From: the human T2T-CHM13v2.0 reference genome, Homo sapiens
Length of the DNA stretch: 64,000 nucleotides
Direction: 5' to 3' (one strand)
Assembly: GCF_009914755.1 (NCBI RefSeq)
Contig: NC_060930.1
In this document: positions 60,533 through 64,000 of the stretch, one piece after another
Position numbering within the stretch: position 1 is the stretch's first letter
Layout: the number at the start of each line of letters is the position of its first letter
Position numbers and translations under genes: made by a program
Notes under the pieces: generated by a model
What the model saw: the letters and a program-made list of their open reading frames with translations, nothing else
The model's database searches: none
What the model was told of the DNA's origin: nothing

Positions 60533-60878
60533 CAGTGGTCCCCAACCTTTTTGGCAACCTTTTTGGCATGGACCAATTTCATAGAAGACAATTTTTCCAC
60601 AGACAGGTGTGGAGGGATGGTTTTGGGATGAAACTGTTCCACCTCAGATCACCAGACATTAGATTCTCATAAGGAGCGGGCAACCTAGATCCCTCGCCTA
60701 TGCAGTTCACAATAGGCTTTGCACTTTTATGAGAATCGAATGCTGCCGCTGATATGACAGGAGGCGGAGCTCAGGTGGTAATGCTCACTCACCTTCTGCT
60801 CACCTCCTGCTGTGTGGCCCAGTTCCTAACAGGCCATGGACCAGTACTTGTCCATGGCCTGGGGGTTGGGGACCCCTG
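60533..60878. mobile_element. MER1B (hAT-Charlie)
   Basis: TIRs CAGTGGTCCCCAACC...GGTTGGGGACCCCTG; GATGAAACTGTTCCACCTCAGATCA..ATTAGATTCTCATAAGGAGC; 12-bp duplication CAACCTTTTTGG. Confidence 0.9.
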
Positions 60879-61723
60879 GTATATGCCAAAGACTAAAATA
60901 ACAACATAACTTTCAATTTACTAATTACTTTCACATATAAATTTAAAGTAATTATCCCTGACGAAAAGGACAAGCATGACCACCTTCATTTTCCCTCCCC
61001 ATAGTAGGAAAGCAGGACTCAAAAAGGTTCAGTGACATGCCTGAGGCTCCTCTGATGTCACCGCTGGGCTGAGGCATGCTCTGACCCATAAACCCAGTTC
61101 TGTTTTAATTTCTTCCTGTGATCCCTTCCATGGGAACTGCTGTTTAAACTCATGACTCACACATCACCAGGAGAACACAAATATTGTCACTATGTTTACA
61201 AAGAGAGAAAAGTAAATATTTTAGAAACACTTTTGGGTACTGTTGTTTTTCTTTTCTTTTTTTAAGAAAAAAGCATTTTCTGGTTAACTTGAAGGTTTCA
61301 TCAGAAAATAAAATGAATCAGATTACTTCATTCCCCAGTGTACCCATTAATCCAAATTTGAATCTAGTTATTTAGGATTTAAAATAGAAAAAAAAAAAGG
61401 TATATTTGGCTGTTTCTAACAATCTGAATAGGAATTTTCAGCATGAATTTCCTCAGTAGATGCTTGGTAACTTAAACCCCTTGCCAGGTCCATCCCTGAC
61501 TGTTGTGGCTGAGAGAGCTATTGTGCAGAGGGAGTGGGCACATCTGCCCAGGTGGTAAGCTAACACAAGAAGCTACAGGGCCACAGAGAGGAAAGAGAGA
61601 GAGGGAGAGAGAGAGAAATACCTACAATTTCCCAAAACGCTCTGCTATATTTCCCGTTTCCACTCAGTAACCACCATCCCTTATCCCAATACATAAGGAA
61701 GTTAGAAGAGGTCTCTTACCCTT

Positions 61724-62083
61724 TGATATGGTTTGGCAGTGTCCCCACCCAAATCTCATCTTGAATTGTAACTCCCACAATTCCCATGTGCTATGGGAGG
61801 AACCTGGTGGGAGGTGATTGAATCACAGGGGCGGGTCTTTCCCGTGCTGTTCTCATGATAGTGAGTGGGTCTCAAGAGATCTGATGGTTTAAAAATGGGA
61901 GTTTCTCTGCAAAAGCTCTTTTTTCTCTTGTATGTTGCCACGTGAGACATGCCTTTCACCTTCTGCCATGAGAGTAAGGCTTCCCCAGCCACATGGAACT
62001 GTAAATCCATTAACCCTCTTTCTTTTGTAAATAGCCCAGTCTTAGGTATGTCTTTATCAGCAGCAGGAAAATGGACTAATACT
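61724..62083 (+). mobile_element. THE1 (THE1B-like) solo LTR
   Basis: TGATATGGTTTGGCAGTGTCCCCACCCAAATCTCATCTTGAATTGTA...ATGGACTAATAC; perfect 5-bp TSD CCCTT. Confidence 0.93.
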
Positions 62084-62707
62084 CCCTTACAATACAATTT
62101 GCTCTGATTAGGATAGTTAGGATAAAGGTCACCCTCAGGATGACTTGGATGGGAAAGATGGAGGGTTCGTTTGATCAGAAAGCCTGGGGGAAATGGCAAT
62201 GCAGGCCAGGTTTGACTTGCATCCTTCAATCTCCCATCGCCCTCCCTAACCTGCTTCCTAGCCACTTCTCCCGTGGTCTCCCTTACCCATGCTGTCCTTC
62301 GCTCCTGAAAGTTTGTAACCACTACACACTTCCTGGGCCTGTCCCTTTTGGAAGTGCCTCAGGCTTCAAAATTACTGTCACAACCAGCTTTTTAGTTGAG
62401 TATTAAGATTATCTGACCAAGTTAACTCATTCTAACATGAATGATCACTAGAGAAGACGCAATTCAAAAGAAGGTCTTCGTAACCTAAAGGAAGCTCTAA
62501 TTTGTGGATTTCATGGGGGAAATGTTACAGGGGCCCATGGCCAGGGTGGGGGTGAGTTACCTGGGTCAGGTGCTTACCTCTGGTCAATAAACTGAGGGCA
62601 CCAGGAGCATGTGGCCCACAGGGCAGCTGGACCAGTGGGCCAGGGTGGGTTATTTTAAAAGGGAATATGGGTTGGGGCAGTGATTGGTATCACCTTTGTA
62701 TGATTCT

Positions 62708-63087
62708 TATATTAGTCTGCTCAGGCTGCCATAATAAGATACCATAGACTAGGTGAGTTAAACAACAGAAATTCATTTTCTCACAGTTCTGGAGTCTGAG
62801 AATTACAAAATCAAAGTGCTGCTTGATTTGGTTTCTGGTGAGGGCCCTCTTCCTGGCTTGCAAGTGGCTGCCTTCTCTGTGTCTTCACATGGCAGAGACA
62901 GAAAGAGCTCAAGTGTCTCTTCCTCTTCTTTTAAGGGCACAAGTCCTATTGAATTACAGCCCCACCCTTATGAGCTAATTTAACCTTTATCACCTTCTTA
63001 CAGACCCTGTCTCCAAATACAGGCACATGGGGGTTTAGGGCTTTAACAAGTGAGTTTTGAGGGAACACACATATCCAGTCCATAACA
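62708..63087 (-). mobile_element. MLT1A-family LTR
   Basis: TATTAGTCTGCTCAGGCTGCCATAA..AACAACAGAAATTCATTTTCTCACAGTTCTGGAG..CCAGTCCATAACA. Confidence 0.88.
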
Positions 63088-64000
63088 TTCTGCCTCCTGG
63101 TCCCCCCAAATTCATATCCTTCTCACATGCAAATACATGCATTCTACCCCAATAGCCCCCAAAGTTTTAACTAATTCCAGCATCAACTCAAAGTTTCAGG
63201 TCCAAAATCTCATCTAAATATCACCTAAATCAGATATGGGTGAGACTCAATGTATGATTCATCCTGAAGCAAAATTCCTCTTCAGCTAGCAACCCATAAA
63301 ACCAGAAAAATCATATGCTTCCAAACTACAATGGTGGGACAGGCATAGGGTTGACATTCCCATTCTAAAAGGGAGAAAGAGCAAAAAAGGAAAGGGTGAT
63401 AGGTCTCAAGAAAGTCCAAAACCTGGAAAGGCAACTTCCATTAGATGGTAAGGCTTGAGAATAATTCTTCAGCTCAGAGGGTGCCCCACCTCTCCAGCTC
63501 TTGAGAAAGGCCCTGCACATATGGCTGTCTTCAAGGGCTCTGCCTTCTGAAACTGAGGAGAAAATAGTCTTGCCTCTGGGCTTGTGGTGGGAGTGACAGC
63601 CTTGGTGATCTCTGAACTGGCTTCAGGTCACTTTTCTCTTTCTTAAAGGATAGCTCATGTTCACAGCCTTCCTTCATTCTGGCCAGTTTTCTCCCAGCTA
63701 GTGAAGTTTTGCTGGTATAATCCTACCTCCATTCCTGGCTTCTGCTGAGATGGCTGATTAGATCGTAGTTCACATCCACATTAACCTCATTATTAAATAG
63801 TCACTCAGCCACACCCTTAGTGTTCTCTTCAGAACATGATTCCTCATTTTTTTGCAATATGAATAGGCTAAGAATTTTCCACATCTTCAAGTTCTGATGT
63901 CTTTTCGTTTAACAATTCCTTCTTCAATTTATCGCTGCCCTCTTGCATTTTACTATAAGCAGTAAGGCAGACCCACGCCTCACTTTCAATACCTTGCTTG
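63088..64000 (-). mobile_element. MaLR internal region (MLT1/MST-int) attached to the LTR, running off the window
   Basis: TTCTGCCTCCTGGTCCCCCCAAATTCATATCCTTCTCACATGCAAATAC..CAATGGTGGGACAGGCATAGG..GACATTCCCATTC. Confidence 0.8.

Noticed and set aside
61756-62322. 188-aa minus-strand ORF
   Set aside because: Mostly antisense THE1 LTR translation

Overview
This is primate genomic DNA, almost certainly human 6q21. The only protein-coding sequence I can support is exon 1 of OSTM1 (minus strand, ATG 7729 to donor at 7328, 402 nt), which sits in a CpG-island promoter. Positions 1-7327 are OSTM1 intron 1. Positions ~8.3-46.1 kb are dense in transposons: about 40 Alu/FLAM copies across the window, L1 fragments, L2/MIR, an ERV-L internal fragment with a decayed dUTPase, MLT/MST/THE1 LTRs, and MER2, MER3, MER20, Tigger4 and MER1 DNA transposons. 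From ~46.1 to 54.7 kb I see no recognisable transposon. There, gene-less CpG-rich blocks alternate with AT-rich blocks full of homeodomain, SOX, POU, PAX6, TCF and AAGTCA motifs. From recalled gene order (OSTM1 - OSTM1-AS1 - NR2E1), I infer these are distal enhancers of NR2E1/TLX, which lies beyond the window. I found no CRISPR array, tRNA or rRNA gene, intact retroelement ORF, or new coding system. The best leads are the putative NR2E1 enhancer cluster with an overlapping PAX6/TLX/SOX site, a 306-codon stop-free frame across three unrelated TE relics, a captured exon-like insert in an AluJ, and an orphan L1 5' end pointing at OSTM1. Repeat subfamily names are recognised by eye and boundaries are approximate.
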